The notes under the pieces are model-generated. The model saw only the letters and a list, made by a program, of their open reading frames with translations. It made no database searches and was not told the origin of the DNA. A stretch of 64,000 nucleotides of DNA from Gammaproteobacteria bacterium Ga0074134 (GTDB lineage Bacteria > Pseudomonadota > Gammaproteobacteria > Ga0077554 > Ga007554): positions 17,003-81,002 of the forward strand of contig LNEJ01000027.1 in the NCBI GenBank assembly GCA_001464965.1. The letters run 5' to 3'. Made by a program: the position numbers and the translations under genes. Position 1 is the stretch's first letter; each line of letters begins with the position of its first letter. Below, piece after piece: positions 29,916-41,638 of this stretch.

Positions 29916-31049
29916 GTGGAGGTAGTTTTGCGGCATCAAGCCCTGTTAGCCCTGGAAGATGGCAGCCTCTTTTGGGGTGAGTCCATCGGTATTGAGGGGC
30001 AGTCGACGGGGGAAGTGGTATTCAATACCGCTATCACCGGCTATCAGGAAATTCTCACCGATCCCTCCTATTGCAAGCAAATCGTTACCCTCACCTATCC
30101 GCACATTGGCAATACCGGCGTCAACAGTGAGGATGAAGAGTCCTCAAAAGTGATGGCCGGCGGCCTGGTAATACGCGATTTGCCGCTGCTGGCGAGCAGT
30201 TGGCGTTCTAAAGAGACTTTGGATGCCTACCTGCGCAGGCAGCAGGTGGTTGGCATCGCGGGCATCGACACTCGGCGTTTGACGCGCTTGCTGCGTGAAA
30301 AGGGCGCGCTGAGCGGCTGCATCATGGCGGGGAATGCCGACGAGGCGGCAGCGCTCGATGCCGCGCGCGCATTTCCGGGATTGAACGGCATGGATCTGGC
30401 CAAGGTGGTTACCACCGAGGCACCTTATCGCTGGGAACATGGAAGCTGGACACTGGGCGGCGCATCCGCTATTCCCGAGGCGCGTTTCCATGTGGTGGCC
30501 TACGATTATGGCGTCAAGCACAACATATTGCGCATGCTGGTGGATCGTGGCTGCCGTGTCACGGTAGTGCCGGCACAGACTCCGGCGTTTGAAGTGCTGG
30601 CCATGAAGCCAGACGGTGTATTTCTCTCCAACGGGCCGGGTGACCCGGCGCCGTGCGATTATGCCATTGCTGCGATCCACGTGATTGTCGAAACAGGTGT
30701 GCCGGTGTTCGGTATCTGTCTCGGCCATCAGCTGCTGGCCCTGGCCTGCGGCGCAAAAACCCTGAAAATGAAGTTTGGCCATCATGGCGCCAACCACCCG
30801 GTGCAGGATCTGGATACCGGGCGGGTGATGATAACCAGCCAGAATCACGGTTTTGCAGTGGATGATGCCAGCCTTCCCCCCACGCTGCGCGCGACACACC
30901 GCTCGCTGTTCGATGGCTCGCTACAGGGCATTCATCATACCGGCAGACCCGTCTTTAGTTTTCAGGGGCACCCCGAGGCGAGTCCTGGCCCGCACGATGC
31001 CGCGCCGCTGTTCGACCACTTCATTGATCTCATGAGAGGTAACAAGTGA
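29916..31049 (+). CDS. carA: carbamoyl-phosphate synthase small (glutaminase) subunit
   Basis: [17 protein letters not shown]...[19 protein letters not shown] and the GATase triad region GICLGHQLL. The start is probably GTG 29916 or TTG 29928, as judged from N-terminal homology. Confidence 0.85.
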   Translation: MEVVLRHQALLALEDGSLFWGESIGIEGQSTGEVVFNTAITGYQEILTDPSYCKQIVTLTYPHIGNTGVNSEDEESSKVMAGGLVIRDLPLLASSWRSKETLDAYLRRQQVVGIAGIDTRRLTRLLREKGALSGCIMAGNADEAAALDAARAFPGLNGMDLAKVVTTEAPYRWEHGSWTLGGASAIPEARFHVVAYDYGVKHNILRMLVDRGCRVTVVPAQTPAFEVLAMKPDGVFLSNGPGDPAPCDYAIAAIHVIVETGVPVFGICLGHQLLALACGAKTLKMKFGHHGANHPVQDLDTGRVMITSQNHGFAVDDASLPPTLRATHRSLFDGSLQGIHHTGRPVFSFQGHPEASPGPHDAAPLFDHFIDLMRGNK

Positions 31050-31133
31050 CAAGCTGCATGTTGCAAGTTACAGATAAAACCCCTCATCGTTTTTCTCTCG
31101 CCACTTGTTGCCTGGGCTTGTAACTGATTCTTT

Positions 31134-34100
31134 ATGCCAAAACGTACCGACATCAAGACTATTTTAATCATCGGCGCTGGCCCCATTGTGATTGGCCAGG
31201 CCTGTGAGTTCGATTATTCCGGCGCGCAGGCCTGCAAGGCATTGCGCGAGGAAGGCTACCGCGTGGTGTTGATCAACTCCAACCCCGCCACCATCATGAC
31301 TGACCCGGAGACGGCCGACGCCACCTATATCGAGCCCATCACCTGGCAGGTGGTTGCCCGTATTATTGAAAAAGAACGCCCCGACGCGCTATTACCCACC
31401 ATGGGCGGGCAGACCGCGCTCAACTGCGCACTCGACCTGGTGCGTGAGGGTGTGCTGGAGAAATACGGTGTGGAGATGATCGGCGCCACGCGCGACGCCA
31501 TCGACATGGCCGAAGACCGCGACCGCTTCCGTCGCGCAATGCGCGACATTGGCCTTGGCAGCGCGCGCGCGGCGATTGCACACAGCATGGAAGAGGCGTT
31601 GCAGGTGCAGGTGCAGATCGGCTTCCCCACCATTATCCGTCCCTCGTTCACAATGGGCGGCAGCGGCGGCGGCATCGCCTATAACCGCGAGGAATTTGTT
31701 GAGATCTGTGAGCGCGGGCTGGATCTTTCACCGACCAAGGAGCTGCTGATCGAGGAATCGCTGCTCGGCTGGAAGGAATTCGAGATGGAGGTGGTGCGTG
31801 ACCGCAAGGACAACTGCATCATCATTTGTTCCATCGAGAACTTCGACCCGATGGGTGTGCACACGGGTGATTCCATCACCGTTGCACCCGCCCAGACGCT
31901 GACTGACAAAGAATATCAGCTGCTGCGCGATGCCTCCATCGCGGTGTTGCGCAAGATCGGCGTCGATACCGGCGGTTCCAATGTGCAGTTCGCCATCAAT
32001 CCCCACGACGGGCGCATGATCGTCATCGAGATGAATCCGCGCGTATCGCGCTCCTCGGCGCTGGCCTCCAAGGCTACCGGTTTCCCCATCGCCAAGGTGG
32101 CGGCCAAGCTCGCGGTAGGTTATACCCTGGACGAGCTGCGCAACGAGATCACCGGTGGCGCCACCCCGGCGTCGTTCGAGCCATCTATAGATTATGTAGT
32201 AACCAAGGTGCCACGCTTCACCTTTGAAAAATTCCCTAAGGCCGACCAGCGTCTCACCACTCAGATGAAGTCAGTGGGCGAGGTGATGGCAATAGGCCGC
32301 ACCTTCCAGGAATCGCTGCAAAAGGCATTGCGCGGGCTGGAGACCGGGGCGGACGGGCTGAACGAAAAGCTTGATCTTACCTTGCCGGAGTCCATTGATC
32401 GCATCCGTAACGAGTTGCGCACGCCGGGGCCGGATCGCGTCTGGTTTGTGGGTGACGCCTTCCGTGCCGGCTTGTCCTCCGGGGAAATTCACGAACTGAG
32501 CCAGATTGATCCCTGGTTTCTGGCGCAGATCGAGGACCTTATCAAGAGCGAGGCGGAGGTGCGTGCCTCGGGGCAGTCAAGGCTTGATAAGGCGCGTGTC
32601 TTCGCGCTCAAGCGCAAGGGCTTTTCCGACCGCCGCCTCGCAACTCTGCTGGGTGTTAGCGAGAACGAGTTCCGCGCGCGGCGCCATGCGCTGGGTGTGC
32701 GCCCGGTATACAAGCGTGTGGATTCCTGCGCCGCTGAATTCGCTTCGGCCACGGCGTACATGTATTCCACATATGAAGAAGAGTGCGAGGCCGCACCCAC
32801 TTCCCGTGACAAGATCATGGTGCTCGGTGGCGGACCCAACCGCATCGGGCAGGGCATCGAATTTGACTATTGCTGCGTCCATGCCGCGTTCGCCCTGCGC
32901 GAGGATGGCTATGAAACCATCATGGTCAATTGCAATCCCGAGACCGTCTCTACCGACTACGACACCTCGGACCGCCTTTACTTCGAGCCGCTTACCCTGG
33001 AAGATGTGCTTGAAATCATCGCCGTGGAAAAACCCAAGGGCGTGATCGTGCAATACGGCGGGCAGACGCCGCTCAAGCTGGCGCGCGCCCTGGAGGCGGC
33101 TGGCGCCCCGATCATCGGCACCACACCGGATTGCATCGACATCGCCGAGGATCGTGAGCGCTTCCAGCAGATGATCAACACACTGGGGCTGCGCCAGCCG
33201 CCGAACCGCACTGCGCGCCACCCCGAGGCAGCGGTGGAGCTGGCGAAGCAGATCGGCTATCCGCTGGTGGTGCGGCCTTCCTATGTGCTGGGTGGGCGCG
33301 CCATGGAGATTGTCTACAACGAGGATGACCTGCGCCGCTACATGCGTGACGCCGTACAGGTCTCCAACGATTCCCCGGTGCTGCTCGACCGCTTCCTGGA
33401 TGACGCCACCGAGGTGGATGTGGATGCCATCAGCGATGGCGTGGACGTGTTGATCGGCGGTATCATGGAGCATATTGAACAGGCCGGCGTGCATTCCGGT
33501 GACTCGGCGTGTTCGCTGCCGCCCTACAGCTTGAGCGCCGGAATTCAGGATGAATTGCGCGAGCAGATCCGCCAGATGGCCTCCGCCCTGGGTGTGGTGG
33601 GACTGATGAACGTTCAATTCGCCATTCAGGGTGACAAGGTTTTCGTCCTTGAGGTCAATCCACGTGCTTCCCGCACCGTCCCTTATGTCTCCAAGGCGAC
33701 GGGGCGGCCCCTGGCCAAAATCGCCGCGCGCTGTATGGTAGGGCGCAGCCTGGTCAGCCAAGGGGTTACACAAGAAGTGATTCCAGATTACTATTCCGTC
33801 AAAGAGGCGGTGTTCCCCTTCATCAAATTCCCTGGCGTCGATCCGATCCTGGGGCCTGAGATGAAATCCACCGGTGAGGTGATGGGCGTGGGGCGCAGCT
33901 TCGCCGAGGCGTTTGCCAAGTCGCAGGAGGCCGCGGGCATTACCCTGCCGCGTGGCGGCCGTGCTTTTATCAGCGTGCGTGAGGCAGACAAGCCTCGCGT
34001 GGCGGCAGTGGCGCGCGACCTTGTGGCGCTTGGCTTCAAGGTTCTCGCTACCCGCGGTACGGCGAAGATTCTGGAAGGCGAGGGTGTGCCTTGCATTAAA

Positions 34101-34370
34101 GTAAACAAGGTTGCCGAGGGCCGCCCCCACATTGTCGATATGATTAAAAACGACGAAATCAGTCTGATTATCAACACTACGGAAGGCAAGCAGGCGATTG
34201 CGGATTCCTATGAAATCCGGCGTGCCGCATTGCAGCACAAAGTCACCCACAGCACTACACTGGCTGGCGCCAGGGCGACGTGCCTGGCCCTGCGGCAACC
34301 GGATGACCGCGCGGTGAATCGTTTGCAGGATCTGCATCAGGAATTACTCGGGAGAAAGATAACAGCATGA
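31134..34370 (+). CDS. carB: carbamoyl-phosphate synthase large subunit
   Basis: 1078 aa with duplicated ATP-grasp halves and a C-terminal MGS-like domain. Confidence 0.95.
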   Translation: MPKRTDIKTILIIGAGPIVIGQACEFDYSGAQACKALREEGYRVVLINSNPATIMTDPETADATYIEPITWQVVARIIEKERPDALLPTMGGQTALNCALDLVREGVLEKYGVEMIGATRDAIDMAEDRDRFRRAMRDIGLGSARAAIAHSMEEALQVQVQIGFPTIIRPSFTMGGSGGGIAYNREEFVEICERGLDLSPTKELLIEESLLGWKEFEMEVVRDRKDNCIIICSIENFDPMGVHTGDSITVAPAQTLTDKEYQLLRDASIAVLRKIGVDTGGSNVQFAINPHDGRMIVIEMNPRVSRSSALASKATGFPIAKVAAKLAVGYTLDELRNEITGGATPASFEPSIDYVVTKVPRFTFEKFPKADQRLTTQMKSVGEVMAIGRTFQESLQKALRGLETGADGLNEKLDLTLPESIDRIRNELRTPGPDRVWFVGDAFRAGLSSGEIHELSQIDPWFLAQIEDLIKSEAEVRASGQSRLDKARVFALKRKGFSDRRLATLLGVSENEFRARRHALGVRPVYKRVDSCAAEFASATAYMYSTYEEECEAAPTSRDKIMVLGGGPNRIGQGIEFDYCCVHAAFALREDGYETIMVNCNPETVSTDYDTSDRLYFEPLTLEDVLEIIAVEKPKGVIVQYGGQTPLKLARALEAAGAPIIGTTPDCIDIAEDRERFQQMINTLGLRQPPNRTARHPEAAVELAKQIGYPLVVRPSYVLGGRAMEIVYNEDDLRRYMRDAVQVSNDSPVLLDRFLDDATEVDVDAISDGVDVLIGGIMEHIEQAGVHSGDSACSLPPYSLSAGIQDELREQIRQMASALGVVGLMNVQFAIQGDKVFVLEVNPRASRTVPYVSKATGRPLAKIAARCMVGRSLVSQGVTQEVIPDYYSVKEAVFPFIKFPGVDPILGPEMKSTGEVMGVGRSFAEAFAKSQEAAGITLPRGGRAFISVREADKPRVAAVARDLVALGFKVLATRGTAKILEGEGVPCIKVNKVAEGRPHIVDMIKNDEISLIINTTEGKQAIADSYEIRRAALQHKVTHSTTLAGARATCLALRQPDDRAVNRLQDLHQELLGRKITA

Positions 34371-34843
34371 GCAAAGTGCCGATGACAGCGAAGGGCGCGC
34401 AGCAGTTGCGCGAAGAGCTGCAGGAATTAAAGAGCGTTGCAAGGCCGCGCGTTATCCAGGCTATCGCAGAGGCCCGCGCGCATGGCGACCTGAAGGAAAA
34501 TGCCGAATATGCCGCCGCCAAGGAACAACAAAGTTTTATTGAAGGGCGCATCTCGGAAATCGAGGGGCAACTCTCCAACGCCCAGATCATTGATGTTGCG
34601 ACAGTGAATGCCAATGGCAGGATCGTCTTTGGCACCACGGTGGATCTGGTGAACGTCAAGACCAGCGAGGAAGTAACCTATCAGATCGTAGGTGATCTGG
34701 AGGCCGACATCAAGCAAGGCAAAATCTCGATCAGCTCTCCCATCGCCCGCGCCCTGATCGGCAAGGAAGAGGGCGACATCGCCGTGGTGCGTGCGCCGGG
34801 TGGTGAAATCGAGTATGAGATTGCGGCTGTAAAATATATATGA
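34367..34843 (+). CDS. greA: transcription elongation factor GreA
   Basis: [20 protein letters not shown]...[20 protein letters not shown]. Confidence 0.9.
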   Translation: MSKVPMTAKGAQQLREELQELKSVARPRVIQAIAEARAHGDLKENAEYAAAKEQQSFIEGRISEIEGQLSNAQIIDVATVNANGRIVFGTTVDLVNVKTSEEVTYQIVGDLEADIKQGKISISSPIARALIGKEEGDIAVVRAPGGEIEYEIAAVKYI

Positions 34844-34848
34844 GCCAG

Positions 34849-35112
34849 AGCCTATCCGTAAATAAATCACCCCTGCGTTGCCGCCCCAAAACGCGCCAGG
34901 CAAGGCGCGAGGAGAGAAATTTGGTGATTCCAAATGAACGACGAGCAACGCCGCCTGGCGTGTTTTGGGGCGCAACCCGAAGGGACGGGGCCGGTTTTGA
35001 GCAGTGCGGCGTCACGCTTCGCTCATGTGCAACAAGCACACTACGCTCAGCCTTCCTTGCCCTGCTCAAAACCGGTCTCCGTCGCAGGGATGATTTATTT
35101 ACGGATAGGCTC
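34849..35112. mobile_element. 264-bp MITE-like element with about 30-bp terminal inverted repeats, copy 1
   Basis: gagcctatccgtaaataaatcacccctgcg ... cgcagggatgatttatttacggataggctc. The interior is the reverse complement of the interior of the 46461-46726 copy. Confidence 0.65.
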
Positions 35113-35116
35113 TAAC

Positions 35117-35584
35117 ATGCGTTTCGCGCTCGTCAGTGAACGGATTTTGTTGACCCTGTGGGTCGGTGGCCTGTGGGGTATCGGTTACCTCGCCGTGCCG
35201 GTGCTGTTTAATATGCTCAATGACCGGCAGTTGGCAGGGGAGCTTGCCGGGAAAATGTTCAGCATCACCAGCATCATAGGTTTGGTGTTCGGCGTTTTGC
35301 TGTTGATAGGCGCGATTTACCGGGCGGGCGACAAATGGACCCGTGCCTGGCGGGTGTGGACGCTGTTCGCCATGCTGGCGTTTGTTGCCGTCAGTTTCTT
35401 TGTTTTGCAGCCGATGATGCAGGACCTCAAAGCCCATGGTCTGGTTGAAGGCAGCGCCCAGGCGGCGAGCTTTGGACGGCTGCACGGAATTTCGTCGATA
35501 CTGTATCTGGCGACCAGCCTGCTGGGGGTGGGGCTGGTGATTGCAGGTCCAGGCGGGAAACGGCCTTCCAGGTATACGCTTTAG
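35117..35584 (+). CDS. DUF4149-family integral membrane protein
   Basis: Four predicted TM helices, MRFALVSERILLTLWVGGLWGIGYLAVPVLF... The start lies immediately after the MITE, and the ORF-track 5' extension is MITE sequence. Confidence 0.6.
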   Translation: MRFALVSERILLTLWVGGLWGIGYLAVPVLFNMLNDRQLAGELAGKMFSITSIIGLVFGVLLLIGAIYRAGDKWTRAWRVWTLFAMLAFVAVSFFVLQPMMQDLKAHGLVEGSAQAASFGRLHGISSILYLATSLLGVGLVIAGPGGKRPSRYTL

Positions 35585-35618
35585 AGCCGGTTCACGATCT
35601 CGCTGAAGGGCGCCCCGC
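35584..35618. repeat. family 2 repeat, short fragment (ggttcacgatctcgctgaagggcgc)
   Basis: Matches the left TIR region of 36866-37008. Confidence 0.3.
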
Positions 35619-35653
35619 CAAGCTTTGCGCCGCAACCCAATACATTGTCCCTC

Positions 35654-35947
35654 TCAGGTGACCGTGATACGCGGTTTGTCCTGATTGCGCAGATAAATCA
35701 GTGCGATATGGCCGATACGTTGCACCAGCGTGGCGCGTGTGCTGTTGCAAATTTCATCTATCATATGGTCACGCGCGGCGCGGTCGGCGGCGTTTACCCG
35801 GATCTTGATCAGCTCATGATGGTTCAGGGCCAACCCTGTTTCGTTGAGCACAGCCTCCGTCAGGCCAGCATTTCCAATGATGATCACCGGCTTTAATTTA
35901 TGGCCGAGCGTCCGCAAATAACGTTTGTTTTTCTCAGTAAGTGACAT
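35654..35947 (-). CDS. yhbY: ribosome assembly RNA-binding protein YhbY (CRS1/YhbY domain)
   Basis: LTEKNKRYLRTLGHKLKPVIIIGNAGLTEAVLNE...HELIKIRV. It is divergent from rlmE, as in enterobacteria. Confidence 0.75.
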   Translation of the reverse strand: MSLTEKNKRYLRTLGHKLKPVIIIGNAGLTEAVLNETGLALNHHELIKIRVNAADRAARDHMIDEICNSTRATLVQRIGHIALIYLRNQDKPRITVT

Positions 35948-36235
35948 ATAAAGTATCGATGGCCAAAGATAATGGTAAGCGGGAAAGTATAGCACAACGC
36001 AGGCGCGGCTTCATGGTGGCGGCCAGCCCGATGAATGCCGTAAAGCTTGAGCTGGCTGTCATATGCTGCGCTGGTGTGCTGCTATGGCTGGTGCAGGGGC
36101 GCGTTACGGATAACCAGATGGTCCAGCTCCTTCTGCTGGGCGGGTATGGGTGCGCAGGGATGTTGTGGATCGTTTTCCGCGCGCGGCGTGTGCTGACCAG
36201 GGCACAATCCAGTCAATATGATGAACGCCGGAATT

Positions 36236-36856
36236 ATGGCCAGGAGTAAAAGCAGCAGCCGCTGGCTGAAAGAGCATTTTGTTGACGCCTACGTCAAAAA
36301 GTCGTGGCAGGATGGCTATCGTTCCCGCGCGGCTTATAAGCTGCTCGAAATCAACGAGCGCGACCACATACTGCGGCCAGGCATGACGATAGTGGACCTG
36401 GGTGCGGCGCCGGGTGGCTGGTCGCAGATAGCCGCAAATATAGTGGGGGATAAGGGCAAGGTGATCGCCACGGATATCCTGCTGATGGAACCCCTGGCTG
36501 GCGTTGATTTCCTGCAAGGTGATTTTCGGGAGCAGGAAGTATTTGACAAGCTGCTCGAAATGGTCGCAGGCCGTAACGTGGGGCTTGTAATTTCCGATAT
36601 GGCGCCTAATATAACTGGTATGGCCTCGGTTGATCAGCCGCGCGCGATGTATCTTGCCGAGCTGGCGTTGGATATGGCGCGTAAGATTCTGGTCCCAGGC
36701 GGGGATTTTTTGGTGAAGGTGTTTCAGGGCAGCGGTTTTGATGCCTTCCACAAGGAGATTCAGCCCTTGTTTCAGAAGGTGCTGATCCGCAAACCCAAGG
36801 CGTCGCGGCCCGGCAGCCGCGAAGTCTATGTGCTGGCGAGGAACTTTCTTGGCTGA
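36236..36856 (+). CDS. rlmE: 23S rRNA U2552 2'-O-methyltransferase RlmE (FtsJ)
   Basis: [33 protein letters not shown]...[11 protein letters not shown]. Confidence 0.85.
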   Translation: MARSKSSSRWLKEHFVDAYVKKSWQDGYRSRAAYKLLEINERDHILRPGMTIVDLGAAPGGWSQIAANIVGDKGKVIATDILLMEPLAGVDFLQGDFREQEVFDKLLEMVAGRNVGLVISDMAPNITGMASVDQPRAMYLAELALDMARKILVPGGDFLVKVFQGSGFDAFHKEIQPLFQKVLIRKPKASRPGSREVYVLARNFLG

Positions 36857-36865
36857 AATAGTCCT

Positions 36866-37008
36866 TAGAACCTGTTCACGATCTCGCTGAAGGGCGCATC
36901 GCGGCGTTAAAAGTGGCCTCAAAATGCTCACATACTCGTGTATGCTCCGCTTTTTCGGCCACTTTTGCCTTGCGCTGCATCCCTTGATCGAGATCGTGAA
37001 CAGGTTCT
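36866..37008. repeat. family 2 repeat, full copy with 19-bp terminal inverted repeats (gaacctgttcacgatctcg / cgagatcgtgaacaggttc) and nested internal hairpins
   Basis: The inverted ends were read directly. Inner stem gtggcc...ggccac. Confidence 0.55.
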
Positions 37009-37126
37009 TATAAAAAAGCATGACGAAACGCCGGATTAGTGGCGAAAAACGCATGGTCTGATAAATGCATTATGGCCAGTGTTGGGTTGATATATACTGT
37101 ATTTCTCTTAAAGCTGAGGCGCACAC

Positions 37127-39058
37127 GTGAGTGATATGGCAAAGAATATAATCTTATGGGTGGTGATTGCCGTCATCCTGGTGTCGGTGTTTAATAATTT
37201 TGGCCCGCCTCAGGTTGCCTCGGCGCAACTTCCCTATTCGCAATTTATCGCGGATGTAAAGCAGGGTAATGTCCAGAAGGTTGTGATCGAAGGGCGCACT
37301 ATCCAGGGCATATACCAGAGTGGCGAAAAATTCGTCACCTATAGCCCCGGCGACCCCGGTCTGGTTGGCGATTTGCTTAACAAGGGCGTAGTCATCCAGG
37401 CTCGTCCGCAAGAGCAGCAGGGCGTGCTCATGCAGATGTTCATCTCCTGGTTCCCGATGCTGCTGCTGATTGGTGTGTGGATTTTCTTTATGCGCCAGAT
37501 GCAGGGCGGTGGCGGTGGCGGCCGTGGCGCAATGTCTTTTGGGCGCAGCCGTGCCCGGATGATGGGTGAGGATCAGGTCAAGGTAACTTTCGCGGATGTC
37601 GCAGGTGTGGAAGAGGCCAAGGAAGAAGTGGCTGAACTGGTCGAGTTTTTGCGCGACCCCAGCAAGTTCCAAAAGCTTGGTGGAAAAATCCCGCGCGGCG
37701 TGTTGATGGTAGGTTCGCCCGGTACCGGTAAGACGCTGCTGGCCAAGGCCATCGCAGGCGAGGCCAAGGTGCCGTTTTTCTCGATTTCCGGTTCGGATTT
37801 CGTGGAGATGTTCGTCGGCGTCGGCGCGGCGCGCGTGCGCGATATGTTCGAACAGGGCAAGAAACATGCGCCGTGCATCATCTTCATCGACGAAATTGAC
37901 GCCGTGGGCCGTCATCGTGGCGCCGGTTTGGGTGGCGGACATGACGAGCGCGAGCAGACCCTTAATCAGTTGCTGGTTGAAATGGATGGCTTTGAGGGCA
38001 GCGAGGGCGTGATCGTGATCGCGGCCACCAACCGTCCCGACGTGCTGGATCCCGCTTTGCTGCGTCCCGGCCGTTTCGATCGCCAGGTGGTGGTGCCGTT
38101 GCCCGATGTGCGTGGCCGTGAGCAGGTGCTCAAGGTGCATATGCGTAAAGTACCGATTGATGATGATGTCAAACCAGCGATTATTGCGCGTGGCACGCCG
38201 GGCTTTTCCGGTGCCGATCTCGCCAATCTGGTGAATGAGGCCGCTCTGTTTGCGGCGCGTGCCAACCGCCGCACCGTCGGCATGAACGACTTTGAAAAGG
38301 CCAAAGACAAGATCATGATGGGTGCGGAACGCCGCTCCATGGTGATGAACGACGAAGAGAAAAAACTTACTGCCTATCATGAGGCCGGCCATGCCATCGT
38401 GGGCTTGAGTGTGCCTGCTCATGACCCCGTGCATAAGGTGAGCATCATCCCGCGCGGTCGTGCTTTGGGTGTGACCATGTTCCTGCCGACAGAGGATCGT
38501 TACAGCTATAGCAAGCAACGCCTCGAAAGCCAGATTTCCAGCATGTTCGGCGGGCGGGTTGCCGAGGAGCTGATCTTCGGGCCGGAGGCTGTTACCACCG
38601 GCGCCAGCAATGATATCCAGCGCACAACCGAACTTGCCCGCAGCATGGTGACCAAGTGGGGCCTGTCCGAGAAACTTGGTCCATTGACGTATGCGGAGGA
38701 AGAGGGTGAGGTGTTCCTGGGCCGCTCCGTGACGCAGCACAAAGGGGTGTCGGATGAAACCGCGCATACCATCGACGGGGAAATCCGCACGATAGTCGAC
38801 CGCAACTACGAGCGTGCCAGGCAGATACTTACCGATAACATAGACAAGCTGCATGCCATGGCTGCCGCGCTGATCAAGTACGAGACCATCGATGCCGAGC
38901 AGATTGGCGATATCATGGCAGGCAAAGAGCCGCGTGCGCCGAAGGACTGGGGTGAAGATTCCGGGTCCAGTTCCGGGCGCGGTGCCAGCGCGGAGGCGTC
39001 CAGCGAGGGTGGCAAGCCTGCGGATGGCACGATAGGCGGGCCGGCAGGCCAACATTAG
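37127..39058 (+). CDS. ftsH: ATP-dependent zinc metalloprotease FtsH
   Basis: TM regions, AAA motif [11 protein letters not shown] region, and HEAGHA zinc site. Confidence 0.95.
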   Translation: MSDMAKNIILWVVIAVILVSVFNNFGPPQVASAQLPYSQFIADVKQGNVQKVVIEGRTIQGIYQSGEKFVTYSPGDPGLVGDLLNKGVVIQARPQEQQGVLMQMFISWFPMLLLIGVWIFFMRQMQGGGGGGRGAMSFGRSRARMMGEDQVKVTFADVAGVEEAKEEVAELVEFLRDPSKFQKLGGKIPRGVLMVGSPGTGKTLLAKAIAGEAKVPFFSISGSDFVEMFVGVGAARVRDMFEQGKKHAPCIIFIDEIDAVGRHRGAGLGGGHDEREQTLNQLLVEMDGFEGSEGVIVIAATNRPDVLDPALLRPGRFDRQVVVPLPDVRGREQVLKVHMRKVPIDDDVKPAIIARGTPGFSGADLANLVNEAALFAARANRRTVGMNDFEKAKDKIMMGAERRSMVMNDEEKKLTAYHEAGHAIVGLSVPAHDPVHKVSIIPRGRALGVTMFLPTEDRYSYSKQRLESQISSMFGGRVAEELIFGPEAVTTGASNDIQRTTELARSMVTKWGLSEKLGPLTYAEEEGEVFLGRSVTQHKGVSDETAHTIDGEIRTIVDRNYERARQILTDNIDKLHAMAAALIKYETIDAEQIGDIMAGKEPRAPKDWGEDSGSSSGRGASAEASSEGGKPADGTIGGPAGQH

Positions 39059-39122
39059 CCAGAGCGAGGGGCGGGTTGACCCGCCCCTATGTTAATACCT
39101 GCCCTTCAGTATCGTTTAAACA

Positions 39123-39944
39123 ATGGATTTTGCCGGGAAGCTGCTCGACCTCAATCAGCCCCAGGTAATGGGAATACTCAATGTCACCCCCGACTCCTTC
39201 TCGGACGGGGGTGTTTTTTTGTCCGCGCAAGCTGCATTTGCCGGGGCGCGGCGGATGGTCGAAGAGGGCGCGGCGATTATCGATGTGGGCGGTGAATCGA
39301 CACGTCCTGGTGCCGCTCCCGTTTCTGTTCAGGAAGAGCTGGATCGGGTCATCCCTGTTATTGAAATTCTTTCACGCGAACTCCCCATCATTGTTTCCAT
39401 AGATACCAGCAAGCCCGAAGTGATGCGTGCCGCGGTGGCCGCAGGGGCTGGTTTGATCAACGATGTCCGGGCGCTTAGTGAAGAAGGTGCGCTACAGGCC
39501 GCAGCGCAAGCTCGCGTGCCGGTATGCCTGATGCACATGCAGGGCGAGCCGCGCATCATGCAACACAGTCCGCACTATAATGATGTGGCCGCAGAGGTGG
39601 GATCCTTTCTGCTCGAACGGATCCATGCCTGTGTGGCGGCGGGGATTCCCCGTGCGCGGCTTTTGATCGATCCGGGTTTTGGGTTTGGCAAGGCTTTGGG
39701 GCATAATCTGCGCCTGTTTAAATATCTGGATTCTTTTTGTGGTCTGGCGCTGCCCCTGGTTGTGGGTGTATCGAGAAAATCCATGATTGGCGCAGTGCTG
39801 GAAAAGCCGGTGGATCAACGCCTCTATGGCAGTGTTGCCCTGGCGGCGCTTGCGGTTTGGCAGGGGGCCTCCATTATCCGCACGCATGATGTGCAGGCCA
39901 CCGCGGATGCAATAAAAATGGCGTGGGCTGTCAAGCAGGCATAG
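39123..39944 (+). CDS. folP: dihydropteroate synthase
   Basis: MGILNVTPDSFSDGG...IIDVGGESTRPGA. Confidence 0.9.
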   Translation: MDFAGKLLDLNQPQVMGILNVTPDSFSDGGVFLSAQAAFAGARRMVEEGAAIIDVGGESTRPGAAPVSVQEELDRVIPVIEILSRELPIIVSIDTSKPEVMRAAVAAGAGLINDVRALSEEGALQAAAQARVPVCLMHMQGEPRIMQHSPHYNDVAAEVGSFLLERIHACVAAGIPRARLLIDPGFGFGKALGHNLRLFKYLDSFCGLALPLVVGVSRKSMIGAVLEKPVDQRLYGSVALAALAVWQGASIIRTHDVQATADAIKMAWAVKQA

Positions 39945-40244
39945 GCGTGTGTTCAGCATAGAATAAACCTAAAAAGCAGCTAGCCACGGAGGACACAGAG
40001 TTCACAGAGAAAAAACCATTTCCCCATGATCACCATGAATCCCCTTGAAGGGGGGCAATGGGTGACAATGAGGGGGCAATGGGTTACCGTGAATATTACC
40101 CTCACCCGTCCGGTGATCAGGAATAAATACGATAACCCGTATCACCTCTGTGTTCTCTGTAGCTTGCATCTGCTGTTTTTAGGATAAATGGCCGGGTCAC
40201 GCTGCCCTGCTATCGGAAGAAACATAGATTTGAGGGGGTGAATA

Positions 40245-41603
40245 ATGAGCAAGGGCCAGCAAAGAAAGTATTTCGGCACGGACGGTATTCGCGGGTTGGT
40301 TGGAGAAACACCGATTACCGCGGAATTTGTGCTCAAGCTGGGCTGGGCAGCGGGACGTGTGCTGACCAAGGGCGGGCGCGGCAAAGTGCTGATCGGTAAA
40401 GATACCCGCATCTCTGGCTATATGCTTGAATCCGCGCTCCAGGCAGGATTGTCTTCCGCAGGCGTCGATATTCGCCTGCTGGGTCCCATGCCGACACCTG
40501 CCATCGCTTATTTGACCCGTACGCTGCATGCACAGGCGGGCATTGTCATCAGCGCGTCACACAATCCTTATCAGGATAACGGCATCAAGTTTTTTTCCGC
40601 GCGCGGGGAGAAACTTCCTGACGAGGTCGAGCTGGCCATAGAGGCGGAGCTGGATGAACCTATGCACACAGTGGATTCCTCACTGCTGGGCAAGGCCGAG
40701 CGTGTGGGCGATGCTGCGGGGCGGTACATTGAGTTTTGCAAAAGCACCATACCGGGCAATGTCGAGTTGCGCGGTATGAAGCTGGTGGTGGATTGCGCGC
40801 ATGGCGCGACATATCACGTGGCCCCGCACGTGTTCGAGGAACTGGGCGCCGAAGTTATCCGGCTGGGGGTGCAGCCCAACGGTCTTAACATCAACAAGGG
40901 CTGCGGCTCCACGCATCCTGAAGCCATGCAGGCCGCCGTGCTTGAGCACAAGGCGGATTTGGGTGTTGCGCTGGACGGTGATGGTGACCGGCTAATTATG
41001 GTGGATCACAAAGGCGAACTGGTGGACGGCGATGAACTGCTGTTTATCATCGCCCAATCGCGGCGCGAAGCCGGCAACCTCAAGGGTGCGGTAATTGGCA
41101 CGGTTATGAGCAACCTGGGTCTGGAACATGCCTTGTGCGCGCTTGGGGTGGACTTCCAGCGTGCGGCGGTGGGTGACCGTTACGTGATGGACCTGCTCCG
41201 TAAGGAAGGTGGGACGTTGGGCGGAGAATCGTCTGGCCATATCATCTGCCTGGATTGCACTACCACCGGTGATGGTATTGTGTCGGCATTGCAGGTGTTG
41301 GCGGCGCTTGTGCAATCCGGTCGTACGTTGCATGAGTTAAAGTCACGCATGGCAAAATACCCGCAGTGTCTGGTTAATGTGCGCACCGAGAAAAAATTCG
41401 ATTTTGCGGCATCCAGCCATGTGCAGGATGCATTGCGCGCGGTGGAGGCGCAGTTGGCGAGTAAAGGCCGTGTGCTGCTGCGTGCTTCCGGCACCGAGCC
41501 GTTAATACGTGTGATGGTGGAAGGTGTTGATCTACAGCAAGTTGAGACGCTGGCAAATTATTTGGCGGCGGCGGTTCGTCAGGCTTACGAAGCTGCAAAC
41601 TGA
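40245..41603 (+). CDS. glmM: phosphoglucosamine mutase
   Basis: YFGTDGIRG and the active-site serine loop [16 protein letters not shown]. Confidence 0.9.
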   Translation: MSKGQQRKYFGTDGIRGLVGETPITAEFVLKLGWAAGRVLTKGGRGKVLIGKDTRISGYMLESALQAGLSSAGVDIRLLGPMPTPAIAYLTRTLHAQAGIVISASHNPYQDNGIKFFSARGEKLPDEVELAIEAELDEPMHTVDSSLLGKAERVGDAAGRYIEFCKSTIPGNVELRGMKLVVDCAHGATYHVAPHVFEELGAEVIRLGVQPNGLNINKGCGSTHPEAMQAAVLEHKADLGVALDGDGDRLIMVDHKGELVDGDELLFIIAQSRREAGNLKGAVIGTVMSNLGLEHALCALGVDFQRAAVGDRYVMDLLRKEGGTLGGESSGHIICLDCTTTGDGIVSALQVLAALVQSGRTLHELKSRMAKYPQCLVNVRTEKKFDFAASSHVQDALRAVEAQLASKGRVLLRASGTEPLIRVMVEGVDLQQVETLANYLAAAVRQAYEAAN

Positions 41604-41638
41604 TTTTTTTCCACAGAACTAAATAATACGCGAAACCG

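Noticed and set aside
32577-34337. 586-aa ORF antisense to carB
   Set aside because: It lies inside carB on the opposite strand. High-GC artefact with no motif content.
37154-39055. 633-aa ORF antisense to ftsH
   Set aside because: It mirrors almost the whole ftsH gene. High-GC artefact.
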